From Bacteroidota bacterium (GTDB lineage: Bacteria; Bacteroidota; Bacteroidia; Chitinophagales; Chitinophagaceae): a stretch of 64,000 nucleotides of DNA. Each line of letters opens with the position of its first letter. The first letter of the stretch is position 1. Position numbers and translations under genes: made by a program. Positions 27,328 to 37,015 of the stretch are shown here, in pieces. The stretch lies in contig JBAXHC010000001.1 in the NCBI GenBank assembly GCA_037139075.1, positions 2,795 through 66,794 of the forward strand, in the 5' to 3' direction. The notes beneath the pieces were generated by a model. The model did no database searches. It saw nothing but the letters and a program-made list of their open reading frames with translations, and was not told where the DNA came from.

Positions 27328-28848
27328 TTAGATGAGAATATTACCTGTCATTTCTTTTGGAATATCAAGACCCATAACCTTTAAAATAGTGGGTGCCAGA
27401 TCGCCTAATTTACCTGATTTTATAGGGCCTCTCCATTCTTTATCAATAATAAAAAATGGTACTGGATTCAAAGTATGTGCTGTATTAGGGGTGCCATCTT
27501 CGTTAATCATGAAATCGGCATTACCATGGTCTGCGGTTAGGAATACAGTATAATCATGTGCTAAAGCAGCTGTTACTACTCTTTTTACACAAGCATCTAC
27601 AGTTTGGGCTGCAATCATTGCGGCACTGAATACGCCGGTATGACCTACCATATCTGTATTTGCAAAGTTCAGGCAAATGAAATCTGCTGTTTCATTTTCA
27701 ATTTCCGGCACCAGTTTATCGGTAATTTCAACGGCACTCATTTCAGGTTGTAGATCATAAGTGGCAACCTTTGGTGATGGTAACATGATTCTACTTTCGC
27801 CAGTATATGGATCCTCTCTGCCACCACTAAAGAAGAAAGTAACGTGCGGATATTTTTCAGTCTCAGCAATTCTAATTTGCTTCTTACCATTTGCCTCCAA
27901 CACTTGTCCCAGTGTGTTTAATAAATTATCATTTTCAAAAATTGCAGACACATTTTTGAATTTCTGATCATACATGGTCATGGTTGTATAAGTCAGATCT
28001 AATTTGTGCATTCCGAAATCTGTGTGGTCGTTCTGAGTAAGAACTTCAGTGATTTCTCTGCAACGATCGGTTCTGAAATTATAACAGATTGCCACATCAC
28101 CTGATTGAATCTTTGCAATTGGTTTTTTATTCGCATCAACAATAATTGTTGGTAGAATAAATTCATCCGAAACATTTGCAGCATAAGAACTTTCAACAGC
28201 TTCAATAGCGCTTGTGGCAGTAGGTCCAACTGCATTCACTAATCCATCATAAGCCAGTTTTACTCTTTCCCATCTTTTATCACGGTCCATTGCATAGTAT
28301 CTTCCACTAACTGTTGCGATTTTTCCTACAGAACCTGCTAAGAATTTCTCCAGGTCGGTTACATAACCTAATCCGCTCTTCGGATCGGTGTCTCTGCCGT
28401 CTGTAAACACATGAATATAAACTTCTGTTAATCCTTCGGCTTTACAAACATTTAGGACTGCTTTCAGATGACTTGTGTGTGAATGCACCCCACCGTCGCT
28501 TAATAATCCCAATAAATGAAGTGGTTTATTATTTGTTTTTGCTTTTCTAATAGTATTTAATAAAATCTCATTTGATGCCAATTCACCGGTACGGATCGCT
28601 ACATTAATACGTTGCAATTCCTGATAAACGATCCTGCCTGCACCGAGATTTAAGTGCCCTACTTCGCTGTTACCCATTTGTCCATCGGGCAAACCAACCT
28701 CTTCACCACAGGTTATTAGGGTAGAATTGGGGTACTGACTGTATAAACTACTTACAAATGGAGGGTGTGCTTGTTGAATGGCATCCGCGCTGGGAACTTT
28801 ACCTAATCCCCATCCGTCCATTATCGCTAAAATCACTTTCTTACTCAT
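27328..28848 (-). CDS. gpmI: 2,3-bisphosphoglycerate-independent phosphoglycerate mutase
   Basis: IMDGWG, GQMGNSEVGH, SDGGVHSH, AETEKYPHVTFFFSGG, TADHGNAD. Confidence 0.97.
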   Translation of the reverse strand: MSKKVILAIMDGWGLGKVPSADAIQQAHPPFVSSLYSQYPNSTLITCGEEVGLPDGQMGNSEVGHLNLGAGRIVYQELQRINVAIRTGELASNEILLNTIRKAKTNNKPLHLLGLLSDGGVHSHTSHLKAVLNVCKAEGLTEVYIHVFTDGRDTDPKSGLGYVTDLEKFLAGSVGKIATVSGRYYAMDRDKRWERVKLAYDGLVNAVGPTATSAIEAVESSYAANVSDEFILPTIIVDANKKPIAKIQSGDVAICYNFRTDRCREITEVLTQNDHTDFGMHKLDLTYTTMTMYDQKFKNVSAIFENDNLLNTLGQVLEANGKKQIRIAETEKYPHVTFFFSGGREDPYTGESRIMLPSPKVATYDLQPEMSAVEITDKLVPEIENETADFICLNFANTDMVGHTGVFSAAMIAAQTVDACVKRVVTAALAHDYTVFLTADHGNADFMINEDGTPNTAHTLNPVPFFIIDKEWRGPIKSGKLGDLAPTILKVMGLDIPKEMTGNILI

Positions 28849-28955
28849 CTCTAAAGGTTATTTTTTACTAGATATTTGCTGCTAATTTAGCCAAACAAGT
28901 TCAATGTATCGAATTTGGCATGTTTTATGTAACAGATAGATTAGAAAACAAGCAC

Positions 28956-29336
28956 ATGAAAAAAGTATTCTTAACAATTGGGTTAGCAGTCAGTTTCTTA
29001 GCATTTGCTCAACAGGGGGATACAGAAGCGGTTGTGAAAGCATTTAAATCTGCTAATACGGAAGAAATTGCTCAATATTTCGATGATTATATTGATTTAA
29101 AGTTTTTGGACAAGGAAGAGGTTAAGAATATGGGTCGTAACCAAGCCGGGCTGGCCTTAAAAATGTTCTTTGAAGATAATAATATCAATGGATTTGATAT
29201 GGGATCTAATCGTGAAATTGGAAGTACATTATATATAACAGGAAAACTTACCAGCTCTGGTAAACCATATAATATGACGGTATTGTTAAAAGCCAAAGGC
29301 GGGAAACACCAGATTATTACAATTCGAATCAACTAG
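28956..29336 (+). CDS. DUF4783-like exported protein
   Basis: Signal peptide MKKVFLTIGLAVSFLAFA; AFKSAN...LAQYFD-like and QAGLALKMFF pattern. ATG 28956 preferred. Confidence 0.6.
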   Translation: MKKVFLTIGLAVSFLAFAQQGDTEAVVKAFKSANTEEIAQYFDDYIDLKFLDKEEVKNMGRNQAGLALKMFFEDNNINGFDMGSNREIGSTLYITGKLTSSGKPYNMTVLLKAKGGKHQIITIRIN

Positions 29337-29352
29337 ATTTTAGTAGAAGTCC

Positions 29353-29360
29353 TAGATTTG
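29353..29360 (+). promoter_or_regulatory. -7 promoter element (TAGATTTG) for nadC
   Basis: Exact TAnnTTTG match, 4 nt before ATG 29365. Confidence 0.5.
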
Positions 29361-29364
29361 CAAC

Positions 29365-30225
29365 ATGCAATCTTATCAGGAACTCCTCGATCATTTAATT
29401 CTTTCTGCATTACATGAAGATATTGGTGACGGGGATCATTCAACTTTGAGTTGTATCGAACCCTCTGTTCAGGGGAAAGCAGTATTAAAAATAAAGCAAG
29501 ACGGAATATTGGCGGGCATAAAAGTTGCCGAACGAATTTTTCAATTAGTTGAACCTTCTGCTATTTTTAATGCAAAAAAAGTGGATGGAGATCAGATGGT
29601 TACTGGTGAAATAGCCTTTGATATTACTGCAAAAGTTGCTACCATTTTAAGTTGCGAAAGATTGGTTTTGAATTGTATGCAAAGAATGAGTGGTATTGCA
29701 ACACTTACAAAAAAGTATAGTTCCTTATTAGAGGGATTTCATACCCGGATACTAGACACCAGAAAAACAACACCCAATTTTAGACTTTTAGAAAAAGAAG
29801 CTGTTCGGATTGGAGGAGGTGTAAATCACCGTTATGCTTTGTATGATATGATTATGTTGAAAGACAATCATATTGATTATTGTGGCGGTATTGAACCAGC
29901 AATTAATAAAGCTTGGAACTATGTACAGTCGGGCAAAAAAGATTTAAAAATTGAAGTAGAAACCAGATCCTTGGCTGATGTTGAAAAAGTAATAGCCATT
30001 GGTAAAGGAAAAGTGTTTCGCATTATGTTGGATAATTTTAAACCAGCGGATGTGGCAATAGCTGTAAAATTAATCCATGGTGCATTTGAAACCGAAGCCA
30101 GTGGGGGAATTGATTTGAATAATATTAAAGAGTACGCTACAACTGGGGTCGATTATGTAAGTGTAGGAGCTCTGATTCATCAAGCCCAAAGTCTTGATCT
30201 TAGTTTAAAAGCTAGTTTCTCTTAG
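29365..30225 (+). CDS. nadC: Quinolinate phosphoribosyltransferase
   Basis: EDIGDGDHST, QRMSGIAT, DTRKTTP, NHRYALYD, MLKDNH, IEVE, MLDNF, EASGGI. Confidence 0.97.
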   Translation: MQSYQELLDHLILSALHEDIGDGDHSTLSCIEPSVQGKAVLKIKQDGILAGIKVAERIFQLVEPSAIFNAKKVDGDQMVTGEIAFDITAKVATILSCERLVLNCMQRMSGIATLTKKYSSLLEGFHTRILDTRKTTPNFRLLEKEAVRIGGGVNHRYALYDMIMLKDNHIDYCGGIEPAINKAWNYVQSGKKDLKIEVETRSLADVEKVIAIGKGKVFRIMLDNFKPADVAIAVKLIHGAFETEASGGIDLNNIKEYATTGVDYVSVGALIHQAQSLDLSLKASFS

Positions 30226-30247
30226 TTTTTTGATTCAAATATAACTT

Positions 30248-30583
30248 ATGTCAAAAAAGAACAAACCAGATACCCGGGGTTTTGTATTTAGTACGGATCC
30301 GAATTTTTCATTCGAATCTAATGATGAAATAATGAAAACACTTGTTCCTGCTCAACAGAAATTAAGGGTGCGTTTAGAAACCAAACATCGCGCAGGTAAA
30401 GCTGTAACATTAATAACTGGCTTTATAGGCACTGAATCTGATCTTGAAATATTGGGCAAGCAATTAAAAAATTTCTGCGGCACTGGTGGATCTGCAAAAG
30501 ATAGCGAGATCATTATACAAGGAGATCAGCGTATTAAAATTTTACCTTGGTTAATTAAAAATGGATACACTCAATCGAAGTAG
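30248..30583 (+). CDS. yciH: SUI1/YciH translation initiation factor-like protein
   Basis: RAGKAVTLITGF, LKNFCGTGGSAKD, IIQGDQR. Confidence 0.9.
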   Translation: MSKKNKPDTRGFVFSTDPNFSFESNDEIMKTLVPAQQKLRVRLETKHRAGKAVTLITGFIGTESDLEILGKQLKNFCGTGGSAKDSEIIIQGDQRIKILPWLIKNGYTQSK

Positions 30584-30586
30584 TTC

Positions 30587-32383
30587 TTAATAATCAATAT
30601 CCATCTTCAAACGATCTTTTAATTCTCGAACCAATGGGAATTGTTCAGCAATCCTTTCAAATTTTTGGCGACTGTTTAGCCTTAAGTGAACGGGTACTTC
30701 TTCTTGCTCGCTGGCATCTACCAATATTTCGAATGAAATACTTCTATTGTTAAAACCTTTTTGAAGATATTCAAGTAATGCCATTCTATCTTGTTCCACA
30801 AATTTTTGAGAAGTGATTGAGCCAACCGAAATGGTAAAAAATATATCGTTCTCAATAGATAGTCTGGCAATTTTAAAAGTACCAAAAGAAGAATGCTTTT
30901 TTTGCTCTTCTAATGTGATAGTAAATGCGTCCCATAAGGTTTTGAGTTTTTCCATATTCAAAACTTCGGCATCTTTTACTTCTTCAATGGTATATTGCTC
31001 ACCATATTTTTCTCTTAATGAATCAAGCAATCCTTTTTTTGTGCCACCTAATTGAATGGGAGTTTTTGGTTTAACAGGGTCAGTAGATGTTTTAATTACT
31101 TCTGCTGCTATAGGCTTATTTACAGGGGCAGTAGATTTTGGTGTTTCAATAAAAAGTTTTGAAGCAGGAACATCAACTGGCACCTGCGTGTTAATTTGGA
31201 TGGGAGGAACCTGTTTAAGTTTAAAAGCTATTGGCCCGTCAATTCGTTTTTTTTTTACAAGTTGGCCATTATCAACAGAAAGTTCAATTGCCTGTTGTAG
31301 AAAGTTCAGTTTAATCAATGTGAGTTCAACATGCAATCTTTTATTGCGCGCCATTTTATAATTAATCTCAGATTCATTTAAAATATTTAAGGCACTCACC
31401 AAAAAAGAGACTCCAGATTTTTCTGCAGCTTGTATGTATTTTGTCTGCATGCCTTCCACTACTTCTAAAAGCGAAGCTGATTTCGGGTCCTTACAAACTA
31501 ATAAATTCCTGATAAATTCCGCAAAACCATTCAGTACTAAATCACCTTCAAACCCTTTTCTATTTATTTCATCAAAAAGCAACATGGCTGCAGGCAGATC
31601 CTGTGCCTGCATAGATTCCAATAATTTGAAATAGTAATCGTCGTCTAAAATATTTAAATGTTCAAGGGTATTCTGATAGGTAACGATACCGTTTGTAAAA
31701 CTTACAATTTTATCAAGTATACTTAATGAATCGCGCATACAACCTTCGCTTTTTTGAGCGATAACTTGTAATGCTGCTTTATCAGCCTTGATAGATTCTT
31801 TGTCTACAATTTCTTGTAAGTGTTCAACTGTATCATTATTTGTGATTCTTTTAAAATCAAAAATTTGACAGCGACTTAAAATGGTAGGCAAAATTTTATG
31901 CTTCTCAGTAGTTGCCAAAATAAATATGGCGTAAGGCGGGGGTTCTTCCAATGTTTTTAAAAATGCATTGAAGGCACTAGCACTTAACATGTGTACCTCA
32001 TCTACTATATACACTTTGTATTTACCTGCCTGTGGCGCAAATCGAACCTGTTCTACTAATGCACGAATATCATCAACAGAGTTATTACTTGCCGCATCCA
32101 ATTCGTGTATGTTCATAGAAGTACCCGCATCAAATGAAGTACAACTGTTGCAGGTATTACAGGCTTCTCCTTCTGGCGTTTGATTGGTACAATTAATTGT
32201 TTTTGCAAGAATACGTGCACAGGTAGTTTTACCAACTCCTCTCGGGCCGCAAAATAAAAATGCATGTGCTAACTGGTTATTCCTGATAGCATTTTTTAAA
32301 GTGGTTGTTATATGCTGCTGCCCTACAACCGTATTAAAATTCTGTGGGCGGTACTTTCTTGCTGAAACGATGAAATTGTCCAT
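30587..32383 (-). CDS. dnaX: DNA polymerase III subunit tau/gamma
   Basis: ARKYRPQNF, GPRGVGKTT, zinc Cys cluster, DAASNNSVDDIR, DEVHML, LKTLEEPP, TILSRCQ. ATG 32383 preferred. Confidence 0.97.
   Translation of the reverse strand: MDNFIVSARKYRPQNFNTVVGQQHITTTLKNAIRNNQLAHAFLFCGPRGVGKTTCARILAKTINCTNQTPEGEACNTCNSCTSFDAGTSMNIHELDAASNNSVDDIRALVEQVRFAPQAGKYKVYIVDEVHMLSASAFNAFLKTLEEPPPYAIFILATTEKHKILPTILSRCQIFDFKRITNNDTVEHLQEIVDKESIKADKAALQVIAQKSEGCMRDSLSILDKIVSFTNGIVTYQNTLEHLNILDDDYYFKLLESMQAQDLPAAMLLFDEINRKGFEGDLVLNGFAEFIRNLLVCKDPKSASLLEVVEGMQTKYIQAAEKSGVSFLVSALNILNESEINYKMARNKRLHVELTLIKLNFLQQAIELSVDNGQLVKKKRIDGPIAFKLKQVPPIQINTQVPVDVPASKLFIETPKSTAPVNKPIAAEVIKTSTDPVKPKTPIQLGGTKKGLLDSLREKYGEQYTIEEVKDAEVLNMEKLKTLWDAFTITLEEQKKHSSFGTFKIARLSIENDIFFTISVGSITSQKFVEQDRMALLEYLQKGFNNRSISFEILVDASEQEEVPVHLRLNSRQKFERIAEQFPLVRELKDRLKMDIDY
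31228..31258 (-). other. Candidate programmed slippage/frameshift site in dnaX (A10 run with nearby stops in both shifted frames)
   Basis: mRNA GTA AAA AAA AAA CGA ATT GAC GGG CCA ATA G; the -1 frame reads ACG AAT TGA, the +1 frame AAC GAA TTG ACG GGC CAA TAG. Confidence 0.6.
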
Positions 32384-32543
32384 AATTGCTGAAACTGCTC
32401 CAAAAGTAAGCAATGGTAAGATTTTTGGAAGAGTAAGTTTTCGACATTATCTAATTCTGAAAAATATTTCGAAATGAATGCTGTTTCACCTATTTTGGTT
32501 ATTTTGAATATTACTTGAGAGATACATCTATAATTATTATACT

Positions 32544-33470
32544 ATGAGTTTACATACAATACTTGGAGCTGGTGGAGCCATTGCAAATGAATTATTGCCC
32601 ATCTTAATGAATGCGAATGAGAAGGTTCGGATCGTTGCGCGTCATCCGAAACAAATTATTGGGGTAGAATCAGTTGCTGCAGACCTCAGCGATGCAAAAC
32701 AGACACTTGAAGCTATAAAGGGATCCTCCATTGTTTATTTGCTGGTGGGACTTGAATACGATTATAAGGTATGGGCCCAGAAATGGCCACATGTAATGTC
32801 AAATACAATCAATGCTTGCAAAGCTTCAGGTGCTAAGCTCATATTTTTTGATAATGTGTATATGTACGGGAAAGTAAATGGCAAGATGACGGAAGAAACT
32901 GCTTTTAATCCCTGCAGTAAAAAAGGGGTATTGAGAGCAACCATTGTGAATGAATTATTAAGCGAAATAAAATCTGGTGCTCTGACAGGAATGGTGGCAA
33001 GAAGTGCAGATTTTTATGGATCGTCTGCCACCAAAACAAGTGTGCCAAATATGTTGGTTTTTGACAACTTTTCGAAAGGTAAAAAAGCACAGTGGTTAGT
33101 TAATGCTGATGTACCACATTCATTAACCTATATTCCAGATGCGGGCAAGGCTTTGTATTTATTAGCTAAAGATGAATCAGCATACAATCAAACTTGGCAT
33201 TTACCAACCAGGTCAAATCCTTTAACCGGCAAACAATTCATTGCATTAGCAGCGGAAGCAATGAATCAGCCTAATAAATATTCAGTGTTATCTAAACTAA
33301 TGATCCGATTAGCAGGATTATTTATTAAACCTATAAAAGAATCATATGAAATGATATATCAAAGCGATAGTGATTATCTTTTCGATTCCACAAAATTTGA
33401 GCAGCATTTTGGATTCGTGCCTACCAGCTATGAAGATGGCATAAAAGAAACAGCTAAATATTATTTATAA
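32544..33470 (+). CDS. Atypical SDR / NAD-dependent epimerase-dehydratase family protein
   Basis: ILGAGGAIA Rossmann motif; FFDNVYMYG, RSADFYG, TYIPDAG. Confidence 0.85.
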   Translation: MSLHTILGAGGAIANELLPILMNANEKVRIVARHPKQIIGVESVAADLSDAKQTLEAIKGSSIVYLLVGLEYDYKVWAQKWPHVMSNTINACKASGAKLIFFDNVYMYGKVNGKMTEETAFNPCSKKGVLRATIVNELLSEIKSGALTGMVARSADFYGSSATKTSVPNMLVFDNFSKGKKAQWLVNADVPHSLTYIPDAGKALYLLAKDESAYNQTWHLPTRSNPLTGKQFIALAAEAMNQPNKYSVLSKLMIRLAGLFIKPIKESYEMIYQSDSDYLFDSTKFEQHFGFVPTSYEDGIKETAKYYL

Positions 33471-34633
33471 ATCATATCAGGGTGTCTTTCAAATGGACGA
33501 TTCTGATCAAACAGGTATCGGAAAGTAATCATGCGCCTGCTTTGGTAACCGCCGAGGCTTTTATATATATTCAGCATTCTAGGATTCCAATCCCCGGCCC
33601 AACCCATCTCGTAACGGGTATACCAGCCCTTTCCTTGAGCAAATGAGCCACATTCTTGAATAATATAACTATCGATTCCCAATGCCTGATATTTTGGAAC
33701 AACCCCAAAAGCCAATCCAGTTAATTGTTTATTCGTACCCTTCCATTTCATCCACAACAGCTGAAGCTTTTCTTTCCAACCAAATTTGCCGTTGAAGTGT
33801 TTGAAGTATTGATTTAAATCTGGAATATTAATGAACATCGCAATTGGCTCTTCTTTGTAATATGCAAACCAAATAGTGCGTTCATCTAAAATTGGTTTCA
33901 TTTTTTTGAAAAGTTTAATAGCATTTTCTTCTGTAATTTCTTTTGCTTCGCCATGCTGTGCCCATGCCGCGTTATATACTTTAGTGAAATCACCTGCATA
34001 CTTTTCTAACTGATTTATTTTTGCATGCCTCGCAGAATAATCTGTTTTCGCCTTGATTCTAGCATGCCTTTCTAGAATTTTTTCAGAAAACGTATCATCA
34101 ACATTCATGAAATAGTAATACTGGTTATAATAATTTTTAAACCCATAATTATTGAATAGCGATTCATAGTAGGAGGGGTTAAAAGACATACCATACATTG
34201 GTTCATTATCGAAGCCCTCCACTAATAAGCCCCACCATTTGTCACGATCACCAAAATTGATCGGACCATCCATGGCTTCTGCTCCTTTTGATAATAACCA
34301 TTCTTTGGCTTGGTTAAATAAGGTATTTGCGGCTTCTTGATCATTGATGCAGTCAAAAAATCCGAAACCCCCTGTAGAAAAATCGGTGCCTTTATTAATG
34401 TATTTACTGCTGATGAATGCTGCTATACGACCAATCGTTTCTGATTGATCGTTTTGTAGAATCCATCTTTTGGCTTCGCCGCTTTTAAACAATTTGTTTT
34501 TTTCCGGATCGAAAACCTCGTTCACTTCATTATCGATAGGACGTATATATGCCTTATTAATACTGTTTATTTTGGCATTGATTTCTAGAAATTCCCTTAC
34601 AGTATTTTTATCATTTACTTCAATCAATCGCAT
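33461..34633 (-). CDS. YghO/bCerS-like double-GNAT acyltransferase
   Basis: GRIAAF, GFGFFDC, GPINFG...GLLVEGF, FNPSYY, FGVVPKYQALG, EMGW motifs. Confidence 0.7.
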   Translation of the reverse strand: MRLIEVNDKNTVREFLEINAKINSINKAYIRPIDNEVNEVFDPEKNKLFKSGEAKRWILQNDQSETIGRIAAFISSKYINKGTDFSTGGFGFFDCINDQEAANTLFNQAKEWLLSKGAEAMDGPINFGDRDKWWGLLVEGFDNEPMYGMSFNPSYYESLFNNYGFKNYYNQYYYFMNVDDTFSEKILERHARIKAKTDYSARHAKINQLEKYAGDFTKVYNAAWAQHGEAKEITEENAIKLFKKMKPILDERTIWFAYYKEEPIAMFINIPDLNQYFKHFNGKFGWKEKLQLLWMKWKGTNKQLTGLAFGVVPKYQALGIDSYIIQECGSFAQGKGWYTRYEMGWAGDWNPRMLNIYKSLGGYQSRRMITFRYLFDQNRPFERHPDMIYK

Positions 34634-34673
34634 AGTCCAACTTTTTACAAATATAGCAGGTTAGATAATTTAA

Positions 34674-36275
34674 TTATTTCGTGAAAAGTTTGGTTGCCAT
34701 TTTTTCATCATGGCCATAAATATCTTTTCTAAAATTAAGTTCCCCGGATTTATCAACCCAGGCTGTAAAGTATACGATTAAAACTGGAATCGTTTTCTTA
34801 AGGGTTACCCAGCGCTCTTTACTTAAATGCATTGAGCTATCGATATTATTACTATTCCAAGTTGAATCATATCGTAAAAGGTACTGAGCCATTTTCTTTG
34901 GTTCACTAATTCTAATACAACCATGACTTAAGCTTCTACTGGATTGAGAAAATAAATCACGGTTAGGAGTATCATGTAAATAAATGTCGTAGTTATTGGG
35001 GAATAAGAATTTCACTAGTCCCAATGAATTAAATGAACCTGGTATCTGGCGAACAAGCGGAAGCCCATTGCTTTTTCCGGTAATTTCCATATGATTTTTT
35101 TCGAGATAATTACTGTTCTTTTCAATGGATGGAACAATTTCTTTTTTAACAATACTTGTTGGGACATTCCAGTAGGGACTAAAAACGATATACTTCAAAT
35201 TGCCTGTAAAGATCACAGTGCTGTTTGCAGATTTACCCACAATTACATTCATATCCATTACCGTTTTACCACTATCAAAAACATGTAAGCGATATTCAGG
35301 AATATTTACTAGGATGTAATTACTATCTTTTTCTGGAGGCATCCAGCGAAGCCGTTCCATGTTTACAAGTAATTGTCTGATTCGCCATTTTATAGGAACA
35401 TTTAACTCTTCAATCATTTTATTTCCCACAGAACCATCGATACTCAAACCCATTCTTCTTTGAAACTTCTTTACTGCTATGATGGTTGAGGAGTCGAATT
35501 TCTGAGTTGTATCAGCAATTTTAATATCACCCAATACAAAAAGTCTTCTTTTGATCAAAGAAATTGTAAGAGAACTATCCCCTTTCTTAAAAGGTTTTTT
35601 AACGTAGGGGATGCTATCGAAAACTGAATTTTTTTCTATCTCATTATAACGTACCAAATTCTCCTGTAATTTTTTGTATTGAGGATTTTGTTTGGCATAG
35701 ATTTCAATATCTGTTGCTTTTGATTTGATACTTGAATCAAGTAGTGCACTCAGGTTTAGTTTTTTTCTTGGAATAAACCAACCTAAATCTGCGGCATCAA
35801 TATCACTACCCTTATAAACTTTTGCGGCATAAGCAAAGAATTGCCCAGTAAATGAAAGCTCTGTATTGATTATTTTTTCTTGAGATTGTTTGTGCAAACT
35901 ATCTGCAATTGCGGTATCGTACAATTGGGTTAATGTGGGATTATACAAACTACTATCTTGTAAATCTGAAACTGTAGAATTAAGTAGGTTTAAAAAATTA
36001 AAAGATTGCTCAGCGATGCCTTTATTATCGAACCATGCATATTGATAATTTCTTTCTTTATAAAAATCTATAAATTGTTCTTCGTAAGGTTTAAATTCAG
36101 GATGTGTTTTTATAAAGTCTTCTACCTGAACACTATCAAAAAATATATTATTGAAAGAAGTACTTGTATTGATAGAAGTATCTCTCACTACAAGCCTTTT
36201 AGATCTTTTAAAATTTTTGCAACTGATTACTCCTAAAACCAATAAGATAAGAATCAAAATAGAGTATTTTTTCAT
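34674..36275 (-). CDS. L,D-transpeptidase lipoprotein (YcbB/LdtD-like) with peptidoglycan-binding domain
   Basis: Lipobox GVISC; AVKKFQRRMGLSIDG (PG-binding); VNMERLRW, VNIPEY, IYLHDTP...SHGCIRI catalytic motif. Confidence 0.92.
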   Translation of the reverse strand: MKKYSILILILLVLGVISCKNFKRSKRLVVRDTSINTSTSFNNIFFDSVQVEDFIKTHPEFKPYEEQFIDFYKERNYQYAWFDNKGIAEQSFNFLNLLNSTVSDLQDSSLYNPTLTQLYDTAIADSLHKQSQEKIINTELSFTGQFFAYAAKVYKGSDIDAADLGWFIPRKKLNLSALLDSSIKSKATDIEIYAKQNPQYKKLQENLVRYNEIEKNSVFDSIPYVKKPFKKGDSSLTISLIKRRLFVLGDIKIADTTQKFDSSTIIAVKKFQRRMGLSIDGSVGNKMIEELNVPIKWRIRQLLVNMERLRWMPPEKDSNYILVNIPEYRLHVFDSGKTVMDMNVIVGKSANSTVIFTGNLKYIVFSPYWNVPTSIVKKEIVPSIEKNSNYLEKNHMEITGKSNGLPLVRQIPGSFNSLGLVKFLFPNNYDIYLHDTPNRDLFSQSSRSLSHGCIRISEPKKMAQYLLRYDSTWNSNNIDSSMHLSKERWVTLKKTIPVLIVYFTAWVDKSGELNFRKDIYGHDEKMATKLFTK

Positions 36276-36308
36276 ATATGTAATATACTGAAATAAATAA
36301 ATGTTCAA

Positions 36309-37010
36309 TCAAAAATTGGCTAAGATGGTAATTGCTACAAGACCTGCAGTTTCTGTTCTTAGTCTGGTATTGCCTAAACTTACCGGAACAAAATGAGACT
36401 GCATAGCTAGTGAAATTTCTTCATTTGTAAAATCTCCTTCTGGTCCTATTAGTATCAATGAATCTGTTGATTTAGGTAAATCAGTAAGCACCGTTTTCTT
36501 TGCATCTTCGCAGTGTGCAATTATTTTTTGATGATTATTGGATTGAAGAATGAGTTTATTAATAGCTATAGGTTCGTGCAGAATGGGAAGCCAACATTGT
36601 TGACTTTGCAACATGGCAGAAACTAAAATTTGTTGCATCCTCTCGGTTTTGAATCTTTGTTGCTCTGTTCTTTTACAAATGAGCGGAAAGATTTCAGTAA
36701 CACCTATCTCCGTAATTTTTTCGAACATCCATTCTAATCTGTCTGCATTTTTTAATAAAGAAATCCCAATACTTATTTTATTTGGATTTGCTTCAGTATA
36801 AATTGTTTGTTCAATAATTGCTACTGATTTATGTTTATCTGCGCTTATAATATTTGCTTTGAATAAATTTCCCTTTCCATCTGTTAAATGAATCAGCGCA
36901 TTTTCTTTCATGCGTAAAACCTGCACACAATGTTTGCTGGTACTTTCACTTAAAACATAAGGCTGTTTCGATTCTTGAATTGAAGGCTCGTAAAAGAATG
37001 GTATACTCAT
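36309..37010 (-). CDS. rsmE: 16S rRNA m3U1498 methyltransferase
   Basis: HCVQVLRM, EKITEIGV, SAMLQSQ, IGPEGDF, LGNTRLRTETAG. Confidence 0.95.
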   Translation of the reverse strand: MSIPFFYEPSIQESKQPYVLSESTSKHCVQVLRMKENALIHLTDGKGNLFKANIISADKHKSVAIIEQTIYTEANPNKISIGISLLKNADRLEWMFEKITEIGVTEIFPLICKRTEQQRFKTERMQQILVSAMLQSQQCWLPILHEPIAINKLILQSNNHQKIIAHCEDAKKTVLTDLPKSTDSLILIGPEGDFTNEEISLAMQSHFVPVSLGNTRLRTETAGLVAITILANF

Positions 37011-37015
37011 TCCTG

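Noticed and set aside
32544-33470. The SDR next to the bCerS-like gene as ceramide reductase CerR
   Set aside because: It is convergent rather than co-transcribed and looks like a generic atypical SDR without a clear YxxxK; adjacency alone is insufficient.
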